From assembly GCA_034428715.1 (NCBI GenBank), contig DAOUHE010000175.1:1-62105 (forward strand): a DNA stretch of 62,105 nt. The letters are read 5' to 3'. This document shows, piece after piece, positions 38,583 through 47,924 of this stretch. The DNA comes from Dehalococcoidia bacterium (GTDB lineage: Bacteria; Chloroflexota; Dehalococcoidia; Lucifugimonadales; UBA3495). Every line of letters begins with the position of its first letter. Within the stretch, counting starts at the first letter, position 1. The position numbers and the translations under genes were made by a program. Under the pieces are notes generated by a model. That model was not told the origin of the DNA. It worked only from the letters and a program-made list of their open reading frames with translations, and did not search any database.

Positions 38583-40184
38583 TCAGGAAATCTCATCCAT
38601 ATATCCGCCGATCTCTTCCAAGTTGAAATCGGCCACCGCCACCTCAGGCGCCTAAGTGACTTGATCCGACGACCATCGTATCGTTCCCCGGCGTTGGGAA
38701 CCGATGCCCAAGATGGCGTTGATCACCCGCAAGACGTTGTCGTTCATCCGTATGGTGTTCGTCCTTAAAGGGGCGTCGAGTTTGCCGTCTTTGATGATGT
38801 AGGAATCTCCGACGATGGTACCGCTGAAATCCCCGGCTGCGATGCCGTTCACGGGGTGGGTGTACCAGATGCGTCCGATGTAGATGCCGTCGCCCACCAA
38901 CCGGAGCAGGTCTTGAGGGGCCTGCTTCTCTTTTCCGTCGATAACCAGGTTGGCAGGGGTGATGGAAGGAAGCGAACTGAAATCTCTGCCGCCTCCATAG
39001 GCGGGACGGAACCCGTTGGGGGGCGCCAGGGATTGGGCCGCGCTTTGGGGATCGGCGCCCAGCTTCTCCCGGCCCTTCGGATCGGCCAGGATGCGCTGGA
39101 AGTTATAATGGTCAGACAAGAATCCGGATAGAACTCCGTTTCGAATCAGATCGGTCCGTCCCGTGGGCAGGCCTTCATCGGTGATCCTATTAGACCCGGC
39201 CAGTCCAGCCGCGGCGCCGTCGTCGTAAATCGAAAGTTTTTCTGAGGCTATTTGTTGCCCCATTTTTCCCATGAACGCTGAGGCGCGGGCATACACCATG
39301 TCCAGGCGCAAGCTGGGCATGAGAACCCATTTTAAGATCTCAGCAAGCGGTTGCGGGCCCAAGATCACACGGTAGCGGCCTCCAGGGACTCTCTGGCCGC
39401 TGGCCGAGGCGATGGCGTTTCGAGCCGCTTCCCATGCGGCGCCGCAGTCGAATTGACCCAAGTGGTTGCCCACCGGCCAGCCGCTGCCCTTGGCGGCTTG
39501 AGCTTCCACCATGGCCGTGGCAAAGGACATCGTCATGGTGGACTCCTCTGATTGCACCCTGGGCATGTGAGTGGAGGCGATGGCCATGCGCTCTTTCAAG
39601 AATACGGCGTCACCGCCCAAGATCAGACTTTGATCCATGACCCGGTCTGGACTGCCAGCTAGGTTAAGCAGGTCTTCCGATGATTGAAAAGCGTCTAGCC
39701 CCCGGTCCAACATCCGCCATCCCGATTCCACCAAACGCGAATTACCCATGCGCATGATGCCCGGGTCGTGGAGCCTTAAATGGCTGTCTGGGGACGGGGT
39801 TCAATCCCCCCTAGCCCCCCTTTGCGAAAGGGGGGAAGAAACTGGGTTAGGCAACGACACGTATTCTAGGTCGAGGACGGCGCCCGTTCGGGCTTTTTCC
39901 AGTGCTCGGGAGACTCCTTCCAACGACAGGCCATTGGGCTCGCTTCCGAAGCCGGTTTTGAGGCCCTGCGGTGTATCGAATGCCACTCGCAGACCGATGC
40001 CGCGGGACTCCACCGACTTCGGTTCCTCAACGCCGGTGCTGGGGATGTGGGAGGTGTAGTTAAGCCGCACGGTGAGGTTGGCGTTGGCCGAAGCGAAAAC
40101 CTCGGCTTCGGCGACGCCGGGCTGGGCCGATACGTAAGCCAGGGCGTCTTTGACGGCGGCGCGCAGTCTAGCTATCGGGATCAT
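38583..40184 (-). pseudogene. pmbA: TldE/PmbA family protein pseudogene
   Basis: Single frame with TGA at 39801-39803 (at a REP-like hairpin) and TAG at 38652-38654 (VT*APEVAV). PmbA-like motifs: GGRYRVILGPQ, SEKLSIYDDG, TDEGLPT..TDLI.NG.L.GFL, GDFSG. Confidence 0.82.
39803..39836. repeat. REP-like palindromic element AATCCCCCCTAGCCCCCCTTTGCGAAAGGGGGGA inside pmbA
   Basis: Hairpin CCCCCCTTT-GCG-AAAGGGGGG seen directly; resembles the widespread CCCCCTT..AAGGGGG short repeat family. Confidence 0.6.
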
Positions 40185-40703
40185 GGCGCATATAGACACT
40201 CCAAATACTGGATCAGCGCTAATTGCATCTACATCAAGAGGCCGTGTACCGGCACCAAACGCTCGTCGGGAGTATCTACGGCTAGTAGTAGCCCTTGGAG
40301 GGTATATGCCCCCAATAGCGGCTCAGATCCTTCATCGCCAAATACGACTAGAGTGATTTCCGATTTGCCCTCGATTCGAACCCAGGTTCTTCCGACGTCC
40401 ATCTGGACTCTTCTTCCGCCGGCCAGAATAAAGGTTACGCGGTCGTGGGCCGTTACCGTCATCTCCCGCAACATCGAATCGGGGACCGTGGTGTAGCTGG
40501 CGCCAGTGTCTACCAAAGCTCGAACAGATTCAAACCTATTACCACCTGGATCTCCAATCTCAACATTTACTCTGAAAGTGCCCAATTATTAACCTCGGGC
40601 TGTGATGGTTGATGTAACAAAAATCTATTTTAATTTTTCTCTGATCGATTAATTGTACCAACATTTGTGTATGGTAGCGCGCAGTTTAGCTATCGGGATC
40701 ATG
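40159..40703. mobile_element. 518-bp insertion bounded by 27-bp direct repeats (26/27 identical) carrying an aspartyl protease gene
   Basis: GCGCGCAGT(C/T)TAGCTATCGGGATCATG at 40159-40185 and 40677-40703. Confidence 0.65.
40229..40585 (-). CDS. Single-domain clan AA (retroviral-like) aspartyl protease
   Basis: MGTFRV.VEIG...ALVDTGASYT...PLLGAYTL. Confidence 0.88.
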   Translation of the reverse strand: MGTFRVNVEIGDPGGNRFESVRALVDTGASYTTVPDSMLREMTVTAHDRVTFILAGGRRVQMDVGRTWVRIEGKSEITLVVFGDEGSEPLLGAYTLQGLLLAVDTPDERLVPVHGLLM

Positions 40704-41808
40704 CCGGGGATCTCTCATCGTAATCGGGAATCCCGGCTTCGGCGAACTCCAGCTCAGGCAACTCAAGCTCGATTTGGCCCTCTTCGCCGTCTGATCCTTC
40801 GGGAAGGCTAAAGCCACGCTCAAGACGAATGGATTCTATTTGGTTCAACGGACGCTCCAGCGCCCGGCGACGCCGCTCGACCAGCGTCTTGAACGCGGAC
40901 TGGAACGAGTCTAGCCTGCGGCCAACCAAGTCAAGCTGGCCCAGGAACTCATCCCACTGCTTCTTGAAGGCGCCCATCTGCGCGATGATCTGGTTGGAGC
41001 TCTGTTCCAGCGTGAAGTTGTCCACCGCTTGCCGGATCACCAGTAGGATGGCGAAAAGCGATACCGGCGAACACAGCACCACCTTGTTGGCCATGGCGGT
41101 TTCTATCAACGCACTGTCGTGCTCGTGGACGTATTGGTAGATCTGCTCGTTGGGGATGAAAACCAGTACGTAATCCAGGGTCTTTTGACCGGGGTCTATG
41201 TAGTCCCGAGTGACGACCTCTTTCAGCCGATCGCGCACGTCGCGCACGAACTGCTGCCGATATTGGTCCTCGGCTTCGGCTGTCGAGGCTTCCATGCATT
41301 TCATGTAATTGTCCAGGGGAAACTTCACGTCCATGTTAAGCTTTAGATCTTGGGGAAGCAGAAAGGTGAAATCTGGCCGCGCGCGGCCTCCTTCCGTTCC
41401 ATGTTCGATCGTGGCCTGCTTCAAGTAGTTCACACCTTCCACGAAGCCGGTGAGTCTCAGCACGTCTTCCGCCATGCGTTCGCCCCATTGGCCTCTGGCT
41501 CTGGTATTGGCCAAGGCTTCCCGAAGCTGCCCGGTGGTGGAGGCTAAGAGGGTGGTTTGCTCTCCCACGGTTTTGAGCTGGTTGGTCAGCTGGCCGAATT
41601 TGTTCTCCCTGTCTTTTTCCAAGTCGCGGACCAGGCCCGACACCTTGTTCATCTCGGCCCGCATTTCGGCCACCCGCGGGTCCACCAGGGTTTCCAGGAT
41701 GTCTTTCATGCCGCCTTGGCCTTGGTCCGGGCGCCGGACGGCCAACAGCAGAGCACCCGTGAGGGCCAGCGATACCAGGGCTAGTATTGCGATGATCGTG
41801 GTTTCCAT
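40699..41808 (-). CDS. rmuC: DNA recombination protein RmuC
   Basis: N-terminal TM, RGQWGE, RPDF...LP......DVKFPL, YVLVFIPNE. Confidence 0.92.
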   Translation of the reverse strand: METTIIAILALVSLALTGALLLAVRRPDQGQGGMKDILETLVDPRVAEMRAEMNKVSGLVRDLEKDRENKFGQLTNQLKTVGEQTTLLASTTGQLREALANTRARGQWGERMAEDVLRLTGFVEGVNYLKQATIEHGTEGGRARPDFTFLLPQDLKLNMDVKFPLDNYMKCMEASTAEAEDQYRQQFVRDVRDRLKEVVTRDYIDPGQKTLDYVLVFIPNEQIYQYVHEHDSALIETAMANKVVLCSPVSLFAILLVIRQAVDNFTLEQSSNQIIAQMGAFKKQWDEFLGQLDLVGRRLDSFQSAFKTLVERRRRALERPLNQIESIRLERGFSLPEGSDGEEGQIELELPELEFAEAGIPDYDERSPA

Positions 41809-41844
41809 GACGCCCCCTTAGGTCCGGGCTATTTAGGGATCTGG

Positions 41845-42183
41845 TTAACCTGGCCCCGTCAGCCGGGCGATGCCGCGCATGGTGGGGCCGCCGTTGCTCA
41901 TGCGTTTGGCCTGCATGGGCTGGCCTTTGCCGAAGTTGGGGATGGGGTTGATCCTGAGGTCATTGCCCACGGCGTCGATGGACATGAAATAGTTACGAGA
42001 GTCCGTGTCCTCGCTGCTGGGTTTTTTCATGGCCGTTCTCGGCTGGGGCCCCTTTGGTTTCGTTGACCTGGATGCAAGGGTCGTAGTAGACCAGCCCCGG
42101 CAGCCTCCTAAACCGATCCATCACCAGCGACGCTAGGTGGGCCGAATCTGATCCAGGGTGTCGATGGTAATTGTTGGGGGCAA
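41845..42183 (-). pseudogene. tldD: TldD remnant (short N- and C-terminal pieces, large internal deletion)
   Basis: C-terminus SIDAVGND...PNFGKGQPMQ....NGGPTMR resembles the TldD CGKGQ motif; frameshifted N-terminal piece LVMDRFRRLPGLVYYD..IQVNETKGAPAENG. Confidence 0.65.
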
Positions 42184-42208
42184 TCGGTAAGCCTCTAGCT
42201 GTCAGCTG

Positions 42209-42697
42209 TCAGCCGGCAGCTTTATTCAAGAGATTCTGCAATGTGGTCCAATGGTTTTTGTATTCTTCGATCTGTTCTAGCCGAGGATGCCAGCGCCAGC
42301 GCCTAGGCGTTCCAGACTTGAAATAGGCGTTGTCAAAGGCGTCAAAAACTTGGTTTGATGGAATGACGAACATATCTGGTAACTCGCCTGTTCCCAACTT
42401 TAAGTCAACGAAGGCGAAAAACAAGCCTGGCAGATTTAATTTCGCCGATTTTTCACCAACGTCCCATTCGTAATGATGGGGCTGCTTCTTGTTGCCTCGA
42501 CCCCTTTTCCGTAACGCCCAGTGGGAGGTCTTGACTTGCAGCGAAATCGTCGATGATCCATCTTGGGAGGCGACCAATATGTCCACCGATGGTGCATTCC
42601 CAAAGGTGACTGCCGCGTGTAGGCCACAGGCCGCCAGTTGAGAAGCCACGTGATAAACACCGGCGGTGCCAATTAATATGCCTGACTGCTTTGGCAT
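42209..42697 (-). CDS. PD-(D/E)XK nuclease-fold hypothetical protein
   Basis: AGVYHVASQL...GNAPSVDILV.......ISLQVKTS. Confidence 0.7.
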   Translation of the reverse strand: MPKQSGILIGTAGVYHVASQLAACGLHAAVTFGNAPSVDILVASQDGSSTISLQVKTSHWALRKRGRGNKKQPHHYEWDVGEKSAKLNLPGLFFAFVDLKLGTGELPDMFVIPSNQVFDAFDNAYFKSGTPRRWRWHPRLEQIEEYKNHWTTLQNLLNKAAG

Positions 42698-42706
42698 CCC
42701 TTGAAC

Positions 42707-43024
42707 CTAAGCCTCCAGCCCGAGGGCGAAGTGTATAGCGTCTTCAACGTCCTGTAATTTCTTAGCCCCTAGGTTGGCAATGTGCTGTTGAACGGTGCGT
42801 TTGGACACTGTGTAGATTGCATCAAGATTTACCGCACAGGCCCGTGGCAAACCGTCGTCCGGCCCAAGGGGCACTTCGGCGGGAATGCCCCGAATTCGGG
42901 TGGTTATTGGCGCTACGATAATCAGGTCTCGAACTCTATAAGCTGAATTCCGTGAAATGAGAAGCACTGGTCTGCGCCCAAAGGGTGGCGGCAGCTCGGC
43001 CCACCAGACTTGGCCACGTCTCAT
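42707..43024 (-). CDS. mazF: MazF/PemK toxin (second copy)
   Basis: MRRGQVWWAEL....RRPVLLISRN...APITT...AVNLD.I.TV.K. Confidence 0.92.
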   Translation of the reverse strand: MRRGQVWWAELPPPFGRRPVLLISRNSAYRVRDLIIVAPITTRIRGIPAEVPLGPDDGLPRACAVNLDAIYTVSKRTVQQHIANLGAKKLQDVEDAIHFALGLEA

Positions 43025-43284
43025 TCGCTAGCTCCGTCATCCCAAGGGTTCTCGGCTAAAACCCGGCCCATCACCGCCTCAGCCAGGGCAATCTCCTCCG
43101 CCGTTTCGGGGTTTTCTTGGTAGCCCCGCACGTACTGTTCTTCCAGTTCCCGTTCCCTCCGGTGACGCAAGAAAGCTTCTACCGCATTCCGGAAGAATTC
43201 ACTGCGGCTTAGCCCGCTGGCCAGCCGCTCTTTCTCAATGGCTTGGAGTACCTCGTCAGGGAGGCTGATCGCTATTTTAGCCAT
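43021..43284 (-). CDS. RHH/CopG family antitoxin
   Basis: MAKIAISLPDEVL..IE......SRSEFFR.AV...YVRGY...PE; ATGA overlap with mazF. Confidence 0.88.
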   Translation of the reverse strand: MAKIAISLPDEVLQAIEKERLASGLSRSEFFRNAVEAFLRHRRERELEEQYVRGYQENPETAEEIALAEAVMGRVLAENPWDDGASE

Positions 43285-43300
43285 TTTCGCACCCTATTTT

Positions 43301-43340
43301 TCATACTTGAATCATACTATAATATGACATATGGTATGAT
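43301..43340. promoter_or_regulatory. Probable TA operator: TCATAC boxes and inverted repeat ATCATAC...GTATGAT
   Basis: TCATAC 43301-43306, ATCATAC 43311-43317, GTATGAT 43334-43340, upstream of the antitoxin start. Confidence 0.5.
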
Positions 43341-43480
43341 GAGTTTCAAGGACCTGGTGTCAGGCGAGTTAGTTTAAGGCGTCCGCATCGGACGAAGTAG
43401 AATTTGACCCTCTTAATTACGGTAGCGTTTTCAGTTTGGGTCTGTGAAGCAAGGAAAATTGGCTATCCCAAATTCCCTTC

Positions 43481-44635
43481 CTACCAGGCTTCGGCGGTGG
43501 CTTTGGCTACGGCCCGGGGCACCGCTCTATCCAGCGACCAGGGGATGACGTTCTCGGCGGTGGGTTCTTTGACCAGCTCGGCCAGGGTCTGAGCCGCGGC
43601 CAACTTCATCTTGGTGGAGATGCGGGTAGCGTGGACGTCCAATGCGCCGCGGAAAACGCCGGGGAAAACCAGGCTGTTATTGATCTGGTTGGGAAAATCG
43701 CTGCGGCCGGTGCCCACAACTCGGGCGCCGGCAGCCCGGGCCAAGTCCGGCATGATCTCTGGGATAGGATTCGCCATGGCGAAGACGATGGAACCGTCGG
43801 CCATTGAAGATACCATTTCCGGGGTCACCGCTCCGGCCACCGAAAGCCCAATGAACAGGTCGGCTCCTTTTAGGGCGTCGGCTAGGCCGCCCCGAAGGTT
43901 TTCGGGGTTGGTGGTGTCTAGCATCCCAGTCTTTACCGGCGTCAGATTGGTGCGATCCCGCTGGATGATTCCCGTGCTGTCTACCAGGGTGATATTCCGG
44001 GCGCCGTAGTCCAACAATAGCTTGGTCGAGGCGATGCCTCCAGCGCCGGCCCCGGAAAACACGAACTTGGTGTCTTCGATGCGCCTGCCCGTGACGTTCA
44101 ACGAGTTGATCACCGCCGCCAGAACCGCGATGGCCGTGCCGTGCTGGTCGTCGTGGAACACGGGTATGCCCAGGTCCTGCAGGGCGTCCTCAATCTCAAA
44201 GCACCGTGGCGCGGATATGTCTTCAAGGTTGATGCCGCCGAAACTAGGCGCCAGGTTGCGCACCGTCTGGACTATCTCTTTAGGGTCCTGGGTGGCCAGG
44301 CAAATGGGTATCGCGTCGACGTCGGCAAGGCCCTTGAAAAGGATCGATTTGCCTTCCATCACCGGCATGGCGGCTTCGGGACCAATGTTTCCTAGCCCCA
44401 AAACAGCCGACCCGTCGGTGACGATGGCCACGGTATTGGCCCGGTTGGTCAAATGGTACGATTCAGATTTATCAGCCGCGATCGCCATGCAAACCGAAGC
44501 AACACCTGGAGTGTAGGCGATGGACAGGTCGTCCAGCGTTTCCACCTTCATCTTTGGGGCGATGCTAACCTTTCCCCGGCTGGCCCGATGCTGAACGATG
44601 GCTTCCTGTCCGTAATCCCTTGTCTGGTTAACCAT
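43481..44635 (-). CDS. NAD(P)-dependent malic enzyme (short type)
   Basis: AYTPGVA, VTDGSAVLGLGNIGP.A.MPVMEGK, INLEDI, FHDDQHGTA, GRSDFPNQINN. Confidence 0.95.
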   Translation of the reverse strand: MVNQTRDYGQEAIVQHRASRGKVSIAPKMKVETLDDLSIAYTPGVASVCMAIAADKSESYHLTNRANTVAIVTDGSAVLGLGNIGPEAAMPVMEGKSILFKGLADVDAIPICLATQDPKEIVQTVRNLAPSFGGINLEDISAPRCFEIEDALQDLGIPVFHDDQHGTAIAVLAAVINSLNVTGRRIEDTKFVFSGAGAGGIASTKLLLDYGARNITLVDSTGIIQRDRTNLTPVKTGMLDTTNPENLRGGLADALKGADLFIGLSVAGAVTPEMVSSMADGSIVFAMANPIPEIMPDLARAAGARVVGTGRSDFPNQINNSLVFPGVFRGALDVHATRISTKMKLAAAQTLAELVKEPTAENVIPWSLDRAVPRAVAKATAEAW

Positions 44636-44684
44636 GGGCGTTTCTCCATAGGTGCCTAGGATTTGATGGCCGCCGCGACCGCCT

Positions 44685-46373
44685 CTATCCAGTAACGGCC
44701 CCTTCCGCGGCGGAGGAAACGAGTTTGGCGTACTTGGCGAGGGCGCCGGTGGTGTAGTTGGGGGGCAGCGGCTGCCAGGCGGCCCGGCGGTCCGTGAATT
44801 CTTCTTTGGTTAACTTTACATTCAACTGGCGTCCCGGGATGTCCATGGTTATGATGTCGCCTTCTTTTAGCAGGGCGATGGGTCCCCCAACGGCGGCTTC
44901 GGGGGCCACGTGGCCAACCATGGGGCCGTGGGTGGCGCCGGAGAACCTGCCGTCGGTGAGCAACGCTACGTCATCGCCCAATCCCTGGCCCACCAACGCT
45001 CCGGTTACCGCCAGCATCTCCCGCATACCAGGACCGCCCTTTGGTCCTTCATAGCGTATGACCACGATGTCGCCCGACTTTATCTCCCGGCGTTGGATGG
45101 CCTGGAAGGCGGATTGTTCTTGGTCGAAAACCCTGGCGGGGCCCTCGTAAAGCCTCTCCTGGTGCCCGGCCACCTTGATGACGGCTCCTTCCGGCGCCAG
45201 GTTGCCCCGCAGGATCGCCAGGCCACCGGTGGGACTGCGAGGGTGGTCTACTGACGACACCACCGGCTGGTCGTCCACCGTTTCCACGGCCTGGATGTTC
45301 TCCGCGAGGGTCTTGCCGGTAACCGTCATTGCATCGCCGTGGAGCAGGCCTGCGCCCAACAGACGTTTCATTACCACGGCGATACCGCCGTAGCGGCTCA
45401 GGTCGGCCATTACGTAACGGCCGGCGGGCTTCATATCGGCTATATACGGCGTGTTCCGGCTGATGCGGTCAAAGTCCTCCAGCGTCAATTCCACCTCAGC
45501 TTCGCGGGCGATGGCCAGCAGGTGAAGAACAACGTTGGTGGAACCGCCCATGGAAACAGCCACGGTTATGGCGTTCTCAAAGGCCTGCTTGGTCAATATG
45601 TCGCGGGGCCGCAGGTCATCTTCCAACAGACGGATCAGGGTGCGGCCCACATCGCGGGCCTCCCCCAGCTTGCGAGGGTCGATGGCTGGTAGAGAGGCGT
45701 CACCGGGCAGTGACATGCCCAGGGCCTCGATGGCGGTGGACATGGTGTTGGCGGTGAATAATCCGGCGCAGGATCCTTCACCGGGGCAGGCCACGCATTG
45801 CAAGTCGGTGAGTTCCTCCAGGGTCATGCCGCCGGTGGCGTAGGCTCCCACGGCCTCGAAAACGTCCTGAATGCTCACGTCCTTGCCGTTGTACTGGCCG
45901 GGCATGATGCTGCCGCCGTACATGAAGATGGCCGGAACGTTCAGCCGGGCGATGGCCATCATGCAACCGGGCATGTTCTTGTCGCAGCCGGCAATGGTGA
46001 TCAAGCCGTCCATACGTTCGCCGAAGGTTACCAACTCTATGGAATCGGCGATGACTTCGCGGCTGACCAGGGATGTCTTCATGCCTTCGGTACCCATGGA
46101 TATGCCGTCGCTGACGGTGATGGTGCCGAACTTGAACGGTACGCCGTCGGCATGACGGACGCCGTCTTTGGCGGCTTCGGCGAACCGGTCCAGATGGACG
46201 TTGCATGGGGTCACGTCGCTGGCCAGGCTGGCGATGGCGACGAAGGGTTTTTCCATGTCTTCGATAGTCATGCCCATGGCCATCAGCATGGCCCTGGCCG
46301 GGGCCCTCTCAGGGTCGTGGGTCAGCTCTTTACTGCGGTGTTTTAGCTTCAGGTTGTTGGTGGTGATGGTCAC
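44685..46373 (-). CDS. ilvD: Dihydroxy-acid dehydratase
   Basis: [56 protein letters not shown]. Confidence 0.96.
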   Translation of the reverse strand: MTITTNNLKLKHRSKELTHDPERAPARAMLMAMGMTIEDMEKPFVAIASLASDVTPCNVHLDRFAEAAKDGVRHADGVPFKFGTITVSDGISMGTEGMKTSLVSREVIADSIELVTFGERMDGLITIAGCDKNMPGCMMAIARLNVPAIFMYGGSIMPGQYNGKDVSIQDVFEAVGAYATGGMTLEELTDLQCVACPGEGSCAGLFTANTMSTAIEALGMSLPGDASLPAIDPRKLGEARDVGRTLIRLLEDDLRPRDILTKQAFENAITVAVSMGGSTNVVLHLLAIAREAEVELTLEDFDRISRNTPYIADMKPAGRYVMADLSRYGGIAVVMKRLLGAGLLHGDAMTVTGKTLAENIQAVETVDDQPVVSSVDHPRSPTGGLAILRGNLAPEGAVIKVAGHQERLYEGPARVFDQEQSAFQAIQRREIKSGDIVVIRYEGPKGGPGMREMLAVTGALVGQGLGDDVALLTDGRFSGATHGPMVGHVAPEAAVGGPIALLKEGDIITMDIPGRQLNVKLTKEEFTDRRAAWQPLPPNYTTGALAKYAKLVSSAAEGAVTG

Positions 46374-46657
46374 CGGAACACCTCCTGGGTTGACCACTTA
46401 TCGCCGCGCCCTTTATCGCATTGGACAATGAACAAGCCCCAATTATATCGGCGCAACGGTGATGGCGCTAGTGGAGGCTTGGCGTGATTGGCCAAGATAG
46501 CCGAAATTCCGGTTTGCCGTTCGGTTCACACGGTTCGGTTCAGCCGGTAATGGACGACCCCAGGAGAATGCCAGGACAGCCCGACAAGACTTGCGTGGCA
46601 GGGCCTTTTATTGTAGTCTGAGGCCCAATTCAAATATACGCCATGAGGTACTGAAAC

Positions 46658-47131
46658 ATGTTTAACCCACTAACGTGGTTGAAGGTTACCAAGGCTCATG
46701 CCCACTGTGACATACCCTGCGGGATCTACGACCCCGTATCCGCCAAGATCGCCGCCCAGACAGTGCAGAAAATGGTGTTGCGGATACAGGCATTGGAGCC
46801 GCCGGGACCCGGTGGCGACGCCGCGGCCCGCCATTCTTTCATTAGCACCATGTCGCGGTACGTTACAGTCAAAGAGGAACATGCGGAGATCTGCAAAAAA
46901 GAGTTGAGTATCCTCTGGGCCGACTATGGCTGGCCAAACACGCCGGCAGGTTTCGACCTACACGGGAGTTTCAATGCAGCGTTGAAGCTGGCCGGCCGCT
47001 GCAAGCAGAGTGTGGATATGGCAGCGTGCGAAGAGCTGGTAGCCACCGTAGACACCATTGCCACGGCGTTTTGGGCGACGAAAAACGTCACCTATAGCGA
47101 CCCCAACGCCGCCGCCCGTTACGGGAGTTAA
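46658..47131 (+). CDS. sodN: Nickel superoxide dismutase precursor
   Basis: 15-aa leader followed by the Ni-hook HCDIPCGIYDP. Confidence 0.93.
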   Translation: MFNPLTWLKVTKAHAHCDIPCGIYDPVSAKIAAQTVQKMVLRIQALEPPGPGGDAAARHSFISTMSRYVTVKEEHAEICKKELSILWADYGWPNTPAGFDLHGSFNAALKLAGRCKQSVDMAACEELVATVDTIATAFWATKNVTYSDPNAAARYGS

Positions 47132-47160
47132 GCGGTCTTTAAACCCATCGTGGTGCATCT

Positions 47161-47197
47161 AAGTAGGGGCGCATGGCCATGCGCCCCTACTTTTTTT
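47161..47197 (+). terminator. Intrinsic terminator after sodN
   Basis: Perfect inverted repeat GTAGGGGCGCATGG/CCATGCGCCCCTAC followed by T7. Confidence 0.85.
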
Positions 47198-47255
47198 ATT
47201 AGAGACGTTGGTGCGTCGGGACCACGGCATCTCGGTGGTTAAGTCATTGAATGGT

Positions 47256-47924
47256 ATGATGAAAATTAGCGCCGGCGCAATTCTGATATCAGCCCTCCTC
47301 CTCTTGATATCCGCCTGCTCCGGGGAGGTCTCTTTCAGCCAAATAGAACCCAGCCACGACATCGCGGAGATGTTGGCTTTGGAGGGTCAGGCCAAGGCGC
47401 TGGCCGAGGAGTTGGCGGCGGATGCCGTGCTGAAACAGGTGGACCGGGGCCGTGACATGGTGGGGTACATCTTTCACTACACCGACACCGCGGCGACCCG
47501 GGTGATCACCGTTTCGGTTCCAGTGGATGAAGTGCCCAGCGGTGAGTGGGAGGTGCGGACCGGAATATCACCCCTGATCGGCCACCAGTCCCCAGGTCTC
47601 TTTCTGGGCAGCTTGCGGGTAGGTCCGGACGCGGTGGTCAAAGCGGCCACGGAGCATTGGAAGGCCTGCCCGGTACGTGGTCTGAGCCTGACCGGCGAGG
47701 AAGACCAACTGACATGGTTTATCTTCTGCAACCTGCCGGAAGGGGTGGTGTCGGCATCGATGGACGGGACCACCGGAGAGTTCGTCCCTTCGCAAGCACC
47801 GCCGGCCCAACCTCCGCCCACTGCCACGCCCGACTGCCAGCTCTACAAATCAGCCCAGGGATGCCAGAGCTTCTTTGGCCACCGCGATGGTCTGGTCGAT
47901 GTCGGCGTTGGTGTGGGCCAGTGA
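47256..47924 (+). CDS. Hypothetical lipoprotein; 3' end overlaps hemL convergently
   Basis: Lipobox LLISAC; Pro-rich tail. Confidence 0.55.
   Translation: MMKISAGAILISALLLLISACSGEVSFSQIEPSHDIAEMLALEGQAKALAEELAADAVLKQVDRGRDMVGYIFHYTDTAATRVITVSVPVDEVPSGEWEVRTGISPLIGHQSPGLFLGSLRVGPDAVVKAATEHWKACPVRGLSLTGEEDQLTWFIFCNLPEGVVSASMDGTTGEFVPSQAPPAQPPPTATPDCQLYKSAQGCQSFFGHRDGLVDVGVGVGQ

Noticed and set aside
42195-42215. GCTGTCA tandem heptamer between the nuclease gene and the tldD remnant
   Set aside because: Only two units; too short to support as an element
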